Below, piece by piece: positions 1 to 12,095 of a stretch of DNA of 64,000 bases (position 1 is its first letter; every line of letters begins with the position of its first letter). The DNA is from Chrysomallon squamiferum (lineage: Eukaryota; Animalia; Mollusca), in assembly GCA_012295275.1 (NCBI GenBank), contig CM022679.1, forward strand, positions 13,020,001 through 13,084,000. The letters are read 5' to 3'. A program made the position numbers and the translations under genes. The notes beneath the pieces were generated by a model. That model was given only the letters and a program-made list of their open reading frames with translations, did no database searches and had not been told where the DNA came from.

Positions 1-169
1 TCTTGCCTTTTCTGCGCGGAGTTATTTTGACCTTTGTTTTTTACAACAATTGCAGGCAACTGTAAGTCACTTTTTTCCGATTTAGAAGCCGTCTGCTGAA
101 TACCTTCATCGCCATTGTTCCCATATTTGTCCTTCCGAAAGTTAAGAAGACCGTTTATGAAAAGCTTCT
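1..169 (-). CDS. Partial coding exon of a probable third TEX33/CIMIP4-like module (C), continuing off the left edge
   Basis: Acceptor ccttttttcag (AG at 171-170). Only the phase-1 frame is open to the window edge: KLFINGLLNFRKDKYGNNGDEGIQQTASKSEKSDLQLPAIVVKNKGQNNSAQKRQ. NFRKDKYG...LPAI resembles NFNRDKYGRLPPI in module A. The TEX33 core itself lies outside the window. Confidence 0.5.
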
Positions 170-639
170 CTGAAAAAAGGACAATATATATGGATTTAAG
201 TTAAAGCATCAGAACAGGAACAAGTCTGCTGTGTTATATATTAAATACACTGAATTTGTTTATCAGTGAATGACAGCCAAAATTTCATAGGACATGAATG
301 TAACGGTCTTTTTAAAAATAGAAATAAAAATGTAATAATAATAATAATGATAATAATAACAACTGCCAAAATAAGACAACAATCGAACATTAAAATTCAT
401 GCTCGAAAAAAAATAATTTAAATTATATTAAAAAATGAATAACAAAAAGATCAGAATAAAGAATAATCAGTTCAACAGAAAAAAACAATAACAAATATAT
501 ATATTAACGATTCATAAGTTTGGCATATGACTCGACAGTACATACGTTTAAAATGCATCTGCAGATATTAAAAACATTTACAGTTAATAAAGTTAAGAGA
601 TATCTCATTGTTAAGATTCCTTAATCTCATCTGTCATAT

Positions 640-940
640 TTAGTATGGTTTTTACATAATCTAATTGTGTACGTCCTTTATAATTTATGTAGTATAATTT
701 CATAACATGGGCTTTACGTAATATAATTCTATAATAATAAAATAATATAAAAAATGGGTTCTGCGAAATCTAAATTTATAATATAGGCTTTTATGTAACT
801 TAATTTTAAAACATGGGCTTTACGAAATATCATTTTATATACACGTAATTTACTTTCATGGCATAAGCTTTATGTAATCTGGACCTATAATATCGATCTT
901 CCATATACTAATTATGGACGTTATGTAATCAGATTTTATG
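640..940. repeat. Degenerate ~30-bp minisatellite (consensus ~CATGGGCTTTACGTAATATAATTTTATAA)
   Basis: Units include catgggctttacgtaatataattct (~706), aatgggttctgcgaaatctaaattt (~753), ataggcttttatgtaacttaattt (~783), catgggctttacgaaatatcatttt (~812), cataagctttatgtaatct (~862) and atggacgttatgtaatcagatttt (~914). Confidence 0.7.
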
Positions 941-953
941 TTATAGTCCTTAC

Positions 954-1257
954 TCATACTGCGTTCGGGTTCTTTTTTGCCATTTTTCTCTCGTAATAAT
1001 CATTCCATAATTTTTGCATATGTCGTTCATGAATGTTGTACTCCATCCATATGCCTGTAATGAAAACAAACACAGAAGTGCACCTGTGTGAACATATTCA
1101 GTGCGTGGTGAGGTTTCTGCCTACCGTTTTAACAATCAAGTTACCGAGTTCACAAGCCTCGTCCACATTTCCCGTAAGAATAATACTTGACTTTTCAGTC
1201 GAAGTTAAGAAATCGGTTTCAATTGGTTGGAATTTCATACAGACTAAGTCTCATTAT

Positions 1258-1306
<49 letters not shown>

Positions 1307-2545
1307 GTAATAGTAATAATAACAACAACAAGAACAACAACAATAGTAACACTAATAATAATAATGACTACAACAACAGTAAAGTAATTTAAATAAACCA
1401 ACCAACCCATCCATCAAAATTAATTAATAATTTAGAAAACAAACATAATGATAGCATTACAAACGGTAGCATAAACATTAACGCCTCTTCCAATAACATA
1501 AAACATGAACTGTAACATTTAAAATAAATAAATAAATAAATAGAAACGACATTTTGAAGAATCTTTTAATTAACTTACTAAGTGAATCCTTCTTGAACCT
1601 GAACTCGTCTGTCTCGGGTACGCGACGTTTGTGAACTTCATTACTGTAGACGAATTTAGTCCAGCTTTTGTCAGGAGGTTTCGTATACGTAGGGAAGATA
1701 TTTTTCCGGGCTAAGTAGCCCAGTTTATCCAATGGCTTCAGTTCTCCATCGATAAGGTTGGGGATAGGAAGGTCTTTCATGCTTCTTTTTTGAAGCTTCT
1801 CTAAAATAAGCTTCTCTATTTCATTAACAATCTTCTTGTCCTCCACAATATCGGAAGTTCTGTTGGAAAAACGCTTGTTAAAATGTGGACATTCTTGTAA
1901 CAGACAGAATGGCAGTGGCTCTAGATTATTAGGTATTATACTCTTATAGTCAAAATGCTTCTTTTCTTCAGCTTTTGGTGTTTCCTGTGTTTCTTTGGTT
2001 ATGACGTGTTCTGATTTCTCCGGGGCTGTGGTTTCTTCTTTGTCCTTAACAAGTTTATACGTGCACAGTTCATGCCTTTCCTTTGTGTGTTTGGTTTCAG
2101 GCATATTCTTCGTGTTTTGACTTTCGGCCAAGTCTAGTTTCTTCTTAGCTTCTTTCCACTTATTTGTACCCAACCTATTTTTAGCATTCGGAAATTTAGC
2201 GTGTTGTTTCTGAAGTATATCCTTAGGAAGATTTGTAAAACTTTCTGCACGATGCAAATCGATATGTGTCTTCTCGAGATTCAGGGTCCCGCTTTGATCG
2301 GTGTTAACTGAACTATCTTTTGCAGTATCTTCCGGATTAACATTTTTTGAATTTCGAACATATTTTTCAAAATTCATTTGGTTTTTACGTTGCGCTGTTC
2401 CCTTGTTCGTTTTAGGCGCTTCACGGCGACACGGAGGTAAACATAAATTTCCATGCTTTCTAAAGGGATTACGTCTTAAAGTGTTGTACATGTCAGCTTC
2501 CGCATGTTTTATGGCTGTTCGAGCGAGATTGTTTGCAGTGTCCAT
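954..2545 (-). CDS. TEX33/CIMIP4-like protein, module B (~355 aa from Met 2545)
   Basis: Large exon 2545(or acceptor 2580)-1579 ends ...RRVPETDEFRFKKDSL at a phase-1 GTAAGT donor. Last exon 1054-954 reads (S)IWMEYNIHERHMQKLWNDYYERKMAKKNPNAV*. SIIPNN, LGYLARKNIFP and KSWTKFVYSNEV match the recalled TEX33 motifs [22 protein letters not shown] and KSLMKASYTPEV. Confidence 0.75.
1259..1380. repeat. (AAT)n/(AAC)n microsatellite in a module B intron
   Basis: Visible directly; it generates the poly-N and poly-I ORFs in the track. Confidence 0.95.
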
Positions 2546-2629
2546 ATCTTCAAACCTGGCACGTTCCCGAGCTGCTCTTGCTGCGAGTTAAACCGTTTAA
2601 CAAATAAATTCTCATGAAATTGTTTTAAA

Positions 2630-2811
2630 TCGTCTTTAACTTCTTTCGTTTGCTTTTCGTCCTTTTAGTTTTTATTTTATTTATTTATTTATTAGTCTAG
2701 TCTATTCCTACTGTATAATTTGTTTTTTGTTTTTTTTTAATTTATTATAAATAAAAGGTAAAAGAATAATCTAAGAATACTGAATAATTATGACGTCATA
2801 TGATGACGTAA
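2630..2811 (-). promoter_or_regulatory. Putative proximal promoter and 5' leader of module B with two CRE sites
   Basis: TGACGTCA at 2791-2798 and TGACGTAA at 2804-2811. Segment 2633-2662 aligns with 12099-12131, which lies downstream of the CRE at 12232 in module A. Confidence 0.5.
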
Positions 2812-3905
2812 TATGTATAGAGTGTTGCACTCAAAGTTATGAGGAAACAAAATAATTATTAAAACTAACTGCCAATCAGAGATGAAACTATTCTTATATA
2901 AAACAAACAAATAAATAATTTTTCACTGCTACATTACACTATTTGTACTTATTTTTATTAGCAGTATTCATCTTACCTTCACTTTCAAAACAAAATTCAT
3001 AATGTATAGATACATGCATTGTTTCCCTCACTATCCACCATTTGTATAATAAAAAATATTTATCATAAGCTATGCTCTAAACTGAAACTTTTGAACGTTT
3101 GTTCGTCGATATGTTAAACCATAATTTTGTCGATAAGCTGGGCACTAGCGCCCACCAGTTAACGTTTGACAGGCTGGGGTTAGTGCTTGGCCTTTTTGGG
3201 GGCAAATAATGAACGTTAAAGCTTCGCTGGAACAACTGTCAGGCGTTTTGTATGATGACAGAACTGGTTATGAAACCAATTAGACTTAATAACTACTTTA
3301 CTCATTTCCATCTTCGAATCTTGACCAAATGGTGTTTTCCATGGTTAATTATATACAAACTAAATCATGAAATTGCGTCAGTGTTACGGAAAGAAAAGAC
3401 TAACGTGATTCATTAACAAAACTTACTTTTGGCTCTTGCTAAAAATTTAAGAAATATGTTCAACGAACGCAGTGAGTAGCATCAGATTTGGGTGCCAAGT
3501 TATTTTGTTATTATTTTTCTAGTGTGTTATAATGTGTGCTTTTTTTTTCATAATCAACAAATAAATGGATATCCTTTCTACGCATAAATACTGTGGTGAA
3601 AGGAGTTGTGTTTATCTTTATTATCGTTCAGTGTTTGAGTAGTTAAAACTTTAATCACTAAATTTTATTGAATAGCTAAACTGTAATAAGTATCTGTTCA
3701 TTCTAAAAATGTTGTCAGTTTGGTGGACGCTCCAAGTTTACAATATCCGAAACTGGTGAAACAGGAAAACAAGATTGCTGAGTTCTGTGCTAAACTAAAT
3801 TAAATTACTGTCTAAGCTAGTTAAATTAAATTATGAAATATAAAATTATCTTATGAAAACAATGTCACAAAAAAGGATTAATATTTAAATTTGCATACAT
3901 ATATA

Positions 3906-4350
3906 GGCTAGTGTTGGGTAAAATGTTTCCTCGGCGTAAAAGTCCCATACCTCTAACTTATGTATGTATTTTAAGCAATTTCGTATTTTTGCTAAATTCT
4001 TATAATATTTTACGATTATTAGTATTCACATTTTACGTTAAACAATGGAACGGGATCAACTGGTTTTGCATTTAATAACGTGTTTTGAGTTATGACAGAA
4101 TAGTTGATACTTCATTCAGTTCATTATAATTTTGCATAGGGTAAAAAGCTGCAGGGTAGGCCTTTTCCCCCAGGTCTGGCGTAAAAGACGCCATTCTTTA
4201 ATAAATGTCAGTGTTTTATTATATTGTTTTAATGTCACAAATTCAGAAATTTGATTCCTATATTATACTTATTGCTAAAAACGGGGAAAAGTTTCTAAAT
4301 GTAGAATGACATAATACTTGACTAAAGAGGAGCTTTTACCAGTTCTGTCC
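3906..4350. mobile_element. MITE-like non-autonomous DNA transposon with TA flanks
   Basis: Imperfect terminal inverted repeats: ggctagtgttgggtaaaatgtttcc on the left, ggacagaactggtaaaagctcc as reverse complement of the right end. TA on both sides. Internal repeated GG(C)GTAAAAG motifs at ~3933, ~4139 and ~4178. Confidence 0.6.
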
Positions 4351-4408
4351 TACATATATAGATACACAGACGTTTTTCCCTTTTGGTATAGATAAGGTAC
4401 TCGGTTAC

Positions 4409-4520
4409 CTGTTAATGTTTGTATGGTGGAACCTGGATGGTTTTTGGTTGATGCTGGTAATGGTATAAGCTTAGGATGGATTTGCTGTTTTGATAACTCA
4501 CTATCAGAATGGATTTCAAG
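4409..4520 (-). CDS. Candidate upstream coding exon for module B and/or C
   Basis: Acceptor tatgtacag and donor G|GTAACC. Open frame LEIHSDSELSKQQIHPKLIPLPASTKNHPGSTIQTLT, phase 0 in and phase 1 out, the same as module A exon 11307-11082. It joins in frame to acceptor 2580 or acceptor 169. No upstream start codon was found. Confidence 0.5.
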
Positions 4521-5398
4521 CTGTACATAAATAAATAAATAAATAATATAATAAATAAATAATAAAACCAAATATACTTAACAAAATAAATGAATGAATG
4601 AATAAATAAATATATAAATAATATCGTTAATCATTAACTTAATGTATTAGAAAAATCAAGTTCGAAATAATTATAACTACATAATTATATAAACATGTAG
4701 TAGTAACATTATGTTTGTGTGCATGCGTGTGTATATATGTATATATGAATATATACATTATTTGAAAATATATTAAAAGCTTTGTTTTTTAATATAGCAT
4801 TAGCAGCAGCATTTATATAAACGTTTATGTAAATAAATAAATAAGTAAATGCTGACGAGATGATTATTATTGTTGTTGTTGTTGTTGTTTTTCCTTGGCT
4901 GCTAATGCGCAAGAACCTCCTTCACAAATTAGCACTCTGTTAACATCTAAACTGGGTATTTTCTGATAATAGTTGATTAATTCCGTTTTGAAAGATAAAT
5001 CAGATCGTTCATTTAAGTTAAGGATTCTAAAAAAGGGATGGAATATTTCGGTACACTGATTTGTACGGTAGAAAAAAGCTCCAGATAAAAACGACCATAA
5101 TGTTGCGTATTTAAAACGATAATTATACTAGAATACAGTTTAATTAAATAAATACTAAAAGCATCAATTGGATACTGATTTTAAAAAAATAATAAAAATT
5201 AACTGATCAAAAAATAAATAAATAAAAAATAAAAAATAAAAAATAAAAAAAATAATAATAATATTAATTACCGAAAGAATACATGAAGGAAAAAAAAATT
5301 GAAAAAGAGATTTATTGCACTGCCTTTTCACGCAAAATTGATTCTGTAATTTCTTTTACTGACTAAAAAAAAAAAAAAAAAAAAGTTTTTAAAAATCT

Positions 5399-5423
5399 AT
5401 GTATGTGTATGTGTGTGTGTGTG

Positions 5424-5476
<53 letters not shown>
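5399..5476. repeat. (GT)n microsatellite
   Basis: Visible directly. Confidence 0.95.
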
Positions 5477-5477
<1 letters not shown>

Positions 5478-5542
5478 ATAGCAATACTAATGATAATGGG
5501 GAGAAAAGTAGTAGTAGTAAATAAGCATTTATCTTTCTTTAC

Positions 5543-5625
5543 CTGCCGGTGAGACCAAACAATGGACTGTTGAATGCTATCGTTACTAGTTTACATTATG
5601 ACGTAATCATAATGGGTTACGTTAT
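5543..5625 (-). promoter_or_regulatory. Putative distal promoter and non-coding first exon for module B/C
   Basis: Donor CAG|GTAAAG at 5543/5542, X-box-like GTTACTAGTTTAC at 5582-5594 and TGACGTAA at 5599-5606. Shares AACAGTCCA with the first exon ending at 13218. Confidence 0.45.
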
Positions 5626-5773
5626 AAAGAAATATATATGTGTTGTTATTTATATGCTTTTCGTAACTTTTTGTTATTATTAATTTGTTTCCACCCTTCT
5701 TCATCAACTTCTTTTTCTTTTCTTTTTTAAAAAATAAAATTTATTTTTATGATAAATTTATTCTTTAATAGTT

Positions 5774-5824
<51 letters not shown>

Positions 5825-7621
5825 TTATTTTTATTTAACTGGGTTTTTTGTTTGTTGTTGTTCTTTTTTTTTTGTTTTTTTTTATTATTTTTTTGTAAAT
5901 TTGTTTAGAGTATCTTTTTTGTGTTTCTTGTTAGTTTTTTTGTTGTTGTTTTTGTAAAGCAAAGAACGTTCTTTTCATATGAAAAAAGCACACACACGTG
6001 TTCAAAATGTATTTTATTTTCACATCATTAAAGTTGACATGGATAAATAAATATACAGTTTAGCGTTAACAGAAAAACATCATTATTTTATGGCACTGTA
6101 ATTTTTTTTTGGGGGGGGGGTTAGATTTTGTATATATATATATGTACAGTCATTGTCAATAGAAGCAAGATATGATGACTAGATAGATTTCACTAACCCA
6201 AAAATATTTAGTTCGATAAATTATATATCAAAATATCGTTTTGAAAACGGTTTTCATTTAAAAAATAACAAATAAATTTGTTGTTACTCTCGAGAACAGC
6301 GAGATGAGAAATAAAACACTTAATGTCTTTTAATTCTTATATTATTTGGGACTGCAGAATAAAACAAATAACTGGTTCGACTGTCTAATGATGTTAGCTT
6401 TATCCTGCTCAGGTCAAAAGGTGAATGCAGCTCAAAAGAGCCTCGCCGCATTTCTCCATTCTAACCTTCGCATGATACAGGTGAGCCAGTTATTATTACT
6501 TGCAAATAAAAACATAAAGAAACATAATGTGGATCCATTCATATATGGGCACACATTAGATCAAAGAAATGGTGGGAAAACAAGATTTTCGAGATAGATA
6601 TTTTAAAATGAAATAAGTATATGTGAATTTTATTAGAAACCAGCATTATTATTATTTTAAAAAATTGAACTGCATTAATATCATTCATAAAGCTGTGCTT
6701 GCAAATTAAAATTAATTCCAAGAAAAATGCTGTTCGATAAAAAACACACACATGAAGATTGAAAATAACAAACAAAACAAATGAAACGAATGTATTTAGA
6801 TAAAAGTCACCAACACTGAATTAACAATTTAAATTAATATTTAAAATAATGACTTTTAAACGTCGAAATGGATGGATGTTTAAACTACGAAGCAGCAAAA
6901 TTAATGTGTGTCTTTGAAAAAAAAAAAAAAAAAAAAAAAGAGAGAAAAAGAAAACGTTAGAAATGTCACACCCAAAACACAGAATTTAAATGAATAATGC
7001 ATAGTCGTTGGATTATTATTATTATTATTTATTTTATTTATTTATTTATTTAAAATAAAGCAGTAACATTCATATCGAAACACTGCAAAAACTAAAGTAA
7101 AACAAATGTGATTAGAACATCTGATCAGCGTGGATATTGTGAAAAATAAACATCATTATTGATTAGCATACAACAGAACACACACACACACACACACACA
7201 GAGAGATGAGGCGTATGCGTGTGTGTGTGAAACAATGAAGAGAGCGTGAGAAAAAAAAGAGATTCTGGAATTGGGCAGATTACCAAGCGAGTTGATGGTT
7301 TTACAGCACCAAATGCGTAAATAGGAACAGATATTTTTAACTGATGCATAATACTTAATCTCAGAAACACTGAACAATGATTATATATCTAACTATACCA
7401 TATATATATATATCGATAATTTCTACGTGACTTAATAACTTAATTACTGTGGAATGTAGTTGTCCCAATTATACGTTATAAATAACGTAATACTGAATAT
7501 GTTCTGTCTTTATTTCTTCTTTTTCCTTTTATTTTATTTTATGTTTTCTTCCCCTTTTTGTTATTAATTAATGGGCATAGTAGTTAAATAAAGGGGTAAT
7601 TTACACGAAACAGTAATTTAT

Positions 7622-7977
7622 TTATTTTGGCGTAGTTTGATCGTAGAATTTCCAAAACTCGTCATCACGCTCCACTTTCGCTGGTAACGGAGCCAGTTCC
7701 GGTTCCGGTAGTGGCGGGAGAAGTGGAGTGAGGGGCGGAGTTTTGAAAACAATTTCCTCTTCCTGTTCAGGAAGCTCTTCCGGCTTCGGTTGTGCTTTTT
7801 GCTTTGGTTTTGGTTTAGGTTTAGGTTTGGGTTTTGTTTTTAGAGCTGGGTTGTTTGTAGCTGGTACTCGTTTGGCATCTCTGTCCCACGTAATCTGAGC
7901 CTTAGGAATAGAGTTAACGAAACTTTCCCACTGCTTGTCCATGTAAGCGCGAATGATATTTTGTTCTGCCCACGAAC
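7622..7977 (-). CDS. Alternative long last exon of TEX33-like module A (Pro/Lys-rich tail)
   Basis: Acceptor ttttttttag, phase 1. Reads (S)SWAEQNIIRAYMDKQWESFV...KPKPKPKPK...EFWKFYDQTTPK*. Its N-terminus is homologous to exons 8648-8560 and 1054-954. Confidence 0.7.
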
Positions 7978-8085
7978 CTAAAAAAAATGAGTGAATAAAG
8001 TACAAATGTTAAGTATGATTACTTTAAAGTAGTCAGAGACAAATGCCACATAAATTGTTGATATATATGCCATTTTGAGTTTTGA

Positions 8086-8087
<2 letters not shown>

Positions 8088-8150
<63 letters not shown>

Positions 8151-8233
8151 CTCTCTTTCTCTCTCTCACTCTCTCTCTTATTCTCTCTTTTCTCTCTCTC
8201 ACTATCTCTGTCTCTTTGTCTCTCTCTCTCTCT
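8088..8233. repeat. (CT)n microsatellite
   Basis: Visible directly; it generates the SLSL and RERE ORFs. Confidence 0.95.
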
Positions 8234-8559
8234 GAGACACAAACACAAACACAAAATAAATAAATAAATAAAATAAAACAAAATAAAATAAAATAAAATA
8301 AAACAAACAAAATAAAACAAAATACACAAACAAATAAATGTACAGTATCTCTTAAAAACGAAACAATAAAATAATAAAGATAAACTTACAAAATTTATTT
8401 CTGGTAAAAGATTTTACATTTTTAAATATACTGATTATTCTTTTCTATCTAAAAAATAAAAATAATTAAATAAATATATATATTATTACTGAATTAAAGA
8501 TTATACAAAGAACAGTATATGCATATACATTAGTGCGTAGGACTGATGACATCATATAT

Positions 8560-10614
8560 CTAGTTCTTGGAGTGTGTTTCTTTGGCGGGTATCTCATCCC
8601 AGGCTTTCTTCATCCTCTGTCGAAGCACGTTGTGTTCAGCCCATTTGCCTAAAAAGATCAGAAGTGCACACAGTTTTAGCAAAGCCGGTGAAAGCAACGG
8701 GGCGGAACACAACGGCAATGTATAATAAATACTATGAGTGTGTGTAAAGATATAATTGTTAGTGCAAAATTATGTTACAAAACACCTCAAAAGTCCTAAA
8801 ACCATATGTATCATTAAGCACATAAATAACTGTAGAGCTGTTTCTATCAAATAATGTTACCTGTTTAACTTCATCTATGGAGACTGCTATTTTATTATTA
8901 TAGTTGCTGTTGTTGTTGTTATTAAATATTTCCATTGAGCAGAAACATCTCTGTCATTCTCATTTTGTAAAACATCACTTGCTATAAAGTGTATTCTGAG
9001 TTTAATACTTTACATCTACATCAGCATATAATAAACAAATAACAAATGAAATAATATATTAAGTTAAAAGTTTCCTTTCACTCTTTAAAATTACAAGAAT
9101 ATTTCTACGCTGCCAAATATTACTTAACACTGTCATCTGAAGCTTATAGAACAATGCTTCTCCCCATTACTTCATAATTACATTCACTGATATCATTTTT
9201 TACTTACAATTTAGCTGAAGTATACAAAAATGTTAGAGAAAGAATTGCTTTGGCGTTTTCGCCAAACAAAGGAACATAAAACAGGATGAATGTATAGAGG
9301 TCTAAGCAGAGACACAAAGATGGTTAGATAATAACATTATAAAGGTGTTTGAATAATTGTAACTGTATTGTGGCTGTTTTAACAAAACCAGCTGCTTATG
9401 GTGATTAAATAAAATGTATATATATTTAGCGAAGAAGAATGTTAATTAATGAAAGTTATGGTTCTAAAGCAGAACAAACACAGTGTTGAAATATCTGATT
9501 AATACAACAGTCAAAGCAGATTATTATTCTGAATAACAAACTGGATGACTAGAACTTACTAAGTTCGTCTCTTGTATATCTGAATTCATCAGTTTCTGGC
9601 TGGCGCTGTAAGTGCACTTTGTCGCTAAACGCAGACTTTGTGGAGCTCTCTCTATTGCTTATCGAGTATCCTGGAAACACATTCTGTCGCGAAGCATTGC
9701 TGATCATATTATAGTCACTGCTTGCGTTTTTTGTAAACTTGGCGATAGCCTCGGTGATGTTTTCATTTGGCGAGTCTCTATTGTCTTTCGCTGTAGAATG
9801 CAGACTTTTCTGTCTGGCCATTGTGTCTAGAACTTTCTTTTCATCTGACAGCAGCGAGTCACATATCCGGCTGCCGAATCGATGACGTATATTCGCCGGA
9901 AGAGGTATGCAGCTTCGAGCGGGCGGCTGGCTGCTTTCCTCAGCATCAGTTATCTTCACAAATTCTTTGAAGTCACTCGCCCTGCTTTGTTGATTCTGTC
10001 TTTCGTAGGCGGGTTCTTGGCGTTTCGACACGGAGAAGACGTCGACCGCGGGGCTTTTGTAAATAGGGGGAAGTCTGCCGTACTTATCTCGATTGAAGTT
10101 CCTGCGATTGTCTGGCATGAGGCCTATGTTAATTTCTCTCGAATGTTCGAGATCTTTGGAGGATAACCACTGATTACTTCGCTCTCCGCTCTTTCCTGCG
10201 GAGTTCGCCGGAAGTTTTACGTCTTTCGAAGCTCCTGTGCACATTAAAATGGCGTCCTGTTCTAAAGACTGTAAGCCTTTTCTGGTGTCTTCAGTGGCCT
10301 TTTTCCTTTCCTCGAAGACCCGTCGTGCTTGGACAGCTGTTTCTTGACCTGTAAATAAAATGTAAAATATTGTTTTCTCCTTAGATTGTTTGTTCTTTCT
10401 ATTTGTTTATTCAGATCTATCTGTCCATCTATCTATCTATCTATCTATTTTTTTTTTTCTTTTTCTTTTAATCATGGCAACTTTCAATTACTTTTGTTTA
10501 AATTTTTGGCAAATGGTTCCATCCAAAAGTATAGATATATGTGAGGTGTCTATTTTTGTATATGGTCGGTTCTTAATCGTCTTTTCTTCTTCTTCTTCTT
10601 CTTTATTATTATTA

Positions 10615-10661
<47 letters not shown>

Positions 10662-10789
10662 ACTGCTTTCCCAGTCTTCATAAAAAACAATATTTTTGTA
10701 ATTCTCATAGTATAGATGATGATAATAATAATAAATTTATTGTTATGGTTATTATTTATTTTATAATTCTTTATTTATTTCTTCTTCTT

Positions 10790-10867
<78 letters not shown>

Positions 10868-11833
10868 TATTCATTTATTCATTTGTTGTTCGGTTGTTGT
10901 TTTTCTCTTCTTTTTTTTTTTCTCTTGTTTTGGGGGAGGTGTGTGGTTGCTGGGCTTAATTCAGTTCATCTATTTGGTACGTTCAGTAAATGGTACACCA
11001 TCGTTATACGTAACAGACATAGTTCCATATTCTTCAAACTTACCGTTACCTTAAAAATCTCCTCTCCAGCAAAATATTTACCTTTTAAGTTTTTCTTAAC
11101 ATAGTCAGGAAGATTTTTCTGAGATTTTTCTACGCCAGGCAATGTAACGGGCTTGGATTCTGCATTAATTGCCTGTTCTTTTTCCTTCGGGCTGAGCACT
11201 TCGAGAGCAGTTCCAAATAAAGTCCGTTTTGGCATTGCTTTCGTCTTTGTGACACGGTAAATATCTACGTCAGTGCCCATCTTGTGTTCAGTGTTAGCAG
11301 GGGAATACTGAAAAAAAATATTTAAAAAATACATTTACGATACATTTTGAGCTATTTGCAATCATATTTTTATATGCTGCATTAAAGTCAGTTTGAATGT
11401 GACTGCCGTGACTTGACTAAAAATGAAGTCCTCTGGTGAAAATATTTTTAAAATGTTCTTATTAAGGAATATGTTAATTCAGATTTTAAATATCTGAATA
11501 AACTGTTTGAGGGTTATATCTAAGAAAACACTTGCTATGTGGATGCACATTTAAGTAATATATTATCCGTCATACACATATATCAATATTAAAGAGAGTG
11601 CATGTTTCTTCAAACAAAACAAAAGTAATAATAAGTAAATAAGTAAATAAATAAATAGTAGTAGTAGTAGTAACAACTATAATGATAACAATACTAATAA
11701 TAGTAACAGTAACAATGCTAATGAGAAAAATTAATAACAGAGGAACAAATTTCATATTATTCTGAATATTTTATCATAATCTGTATCAATATCAGTGTCA
11801 AAATTTATTTACTTACAATATTATTATTATTAT

Positions 11834-11892
<59 letters not shown>

Positions 11893-12095
11893 GAAACTAT
11901 TTATTAATAATAATACTTATAGATGCTAAATTTCCGTCTATCTAACAATTATTTCTATATTTTATATGTAACATAATATGTTCATGTTTCACTGAACGTA
12001 AAACAAAAATTTATGAATAGTTGAAATAGTTTAAAATAAATATAAAAATAATGGGTCATCCCATCAAACATTTATGTATTTAAACCACTCACCAT
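8560..12095 (-). CDS. TEX33: TEX33/CIMIP4-like protein, module A (~368 aa short isoform; ~457 aa using the 7977-7622 exon)
   Basis: Exons 12095-12093 (ATG|GTGAGT), 11307-11082, 10348-9560 and 8648-8560, with consistent phases 0, 1, 1. IPLPANIRHRFGSRICDSLLSDE, DYNMISNASRQNVFPG, SSTKSAFSDKV and DELSKWAEHNVLRQRMKKAW match the recalled TEX33 motifs [22 protein letters not shown] and DDLGRWHQKN. The first exon is the least certain part. Confidence 0.8.

Noticed and set aside
640-940. CRISPR-like array (also considered for 58838-59010)
   Set aside because: The units are degenerate tandem copies without unique spacers, the context is eukaryotic and there are no cas genes.
1033-1410. ORFs with poly-N, poly-I, poly-L, poly-K, SLSL or RERE runs (here and at ~8030-8330, 10390-11100, 12460-12800, 20785-20967, 51570-51790, 57540-57730)
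   Set aside because: They are translations of intronic microsatellites, not genes.
2301-2591. Antisense ORFs over real exons (also 9612-9830, 9882-10166, 17985-18290, 28952-29230)
   Set aside because: Shadow frames of coding sequence on the opposite strand, with no independent support.
3130-3500. GC-richer patch containing aacgaacgcagtgagt, suggestive of a transposon remnant
   Set aside because: No termini, TSD or second copy could be found in the window.
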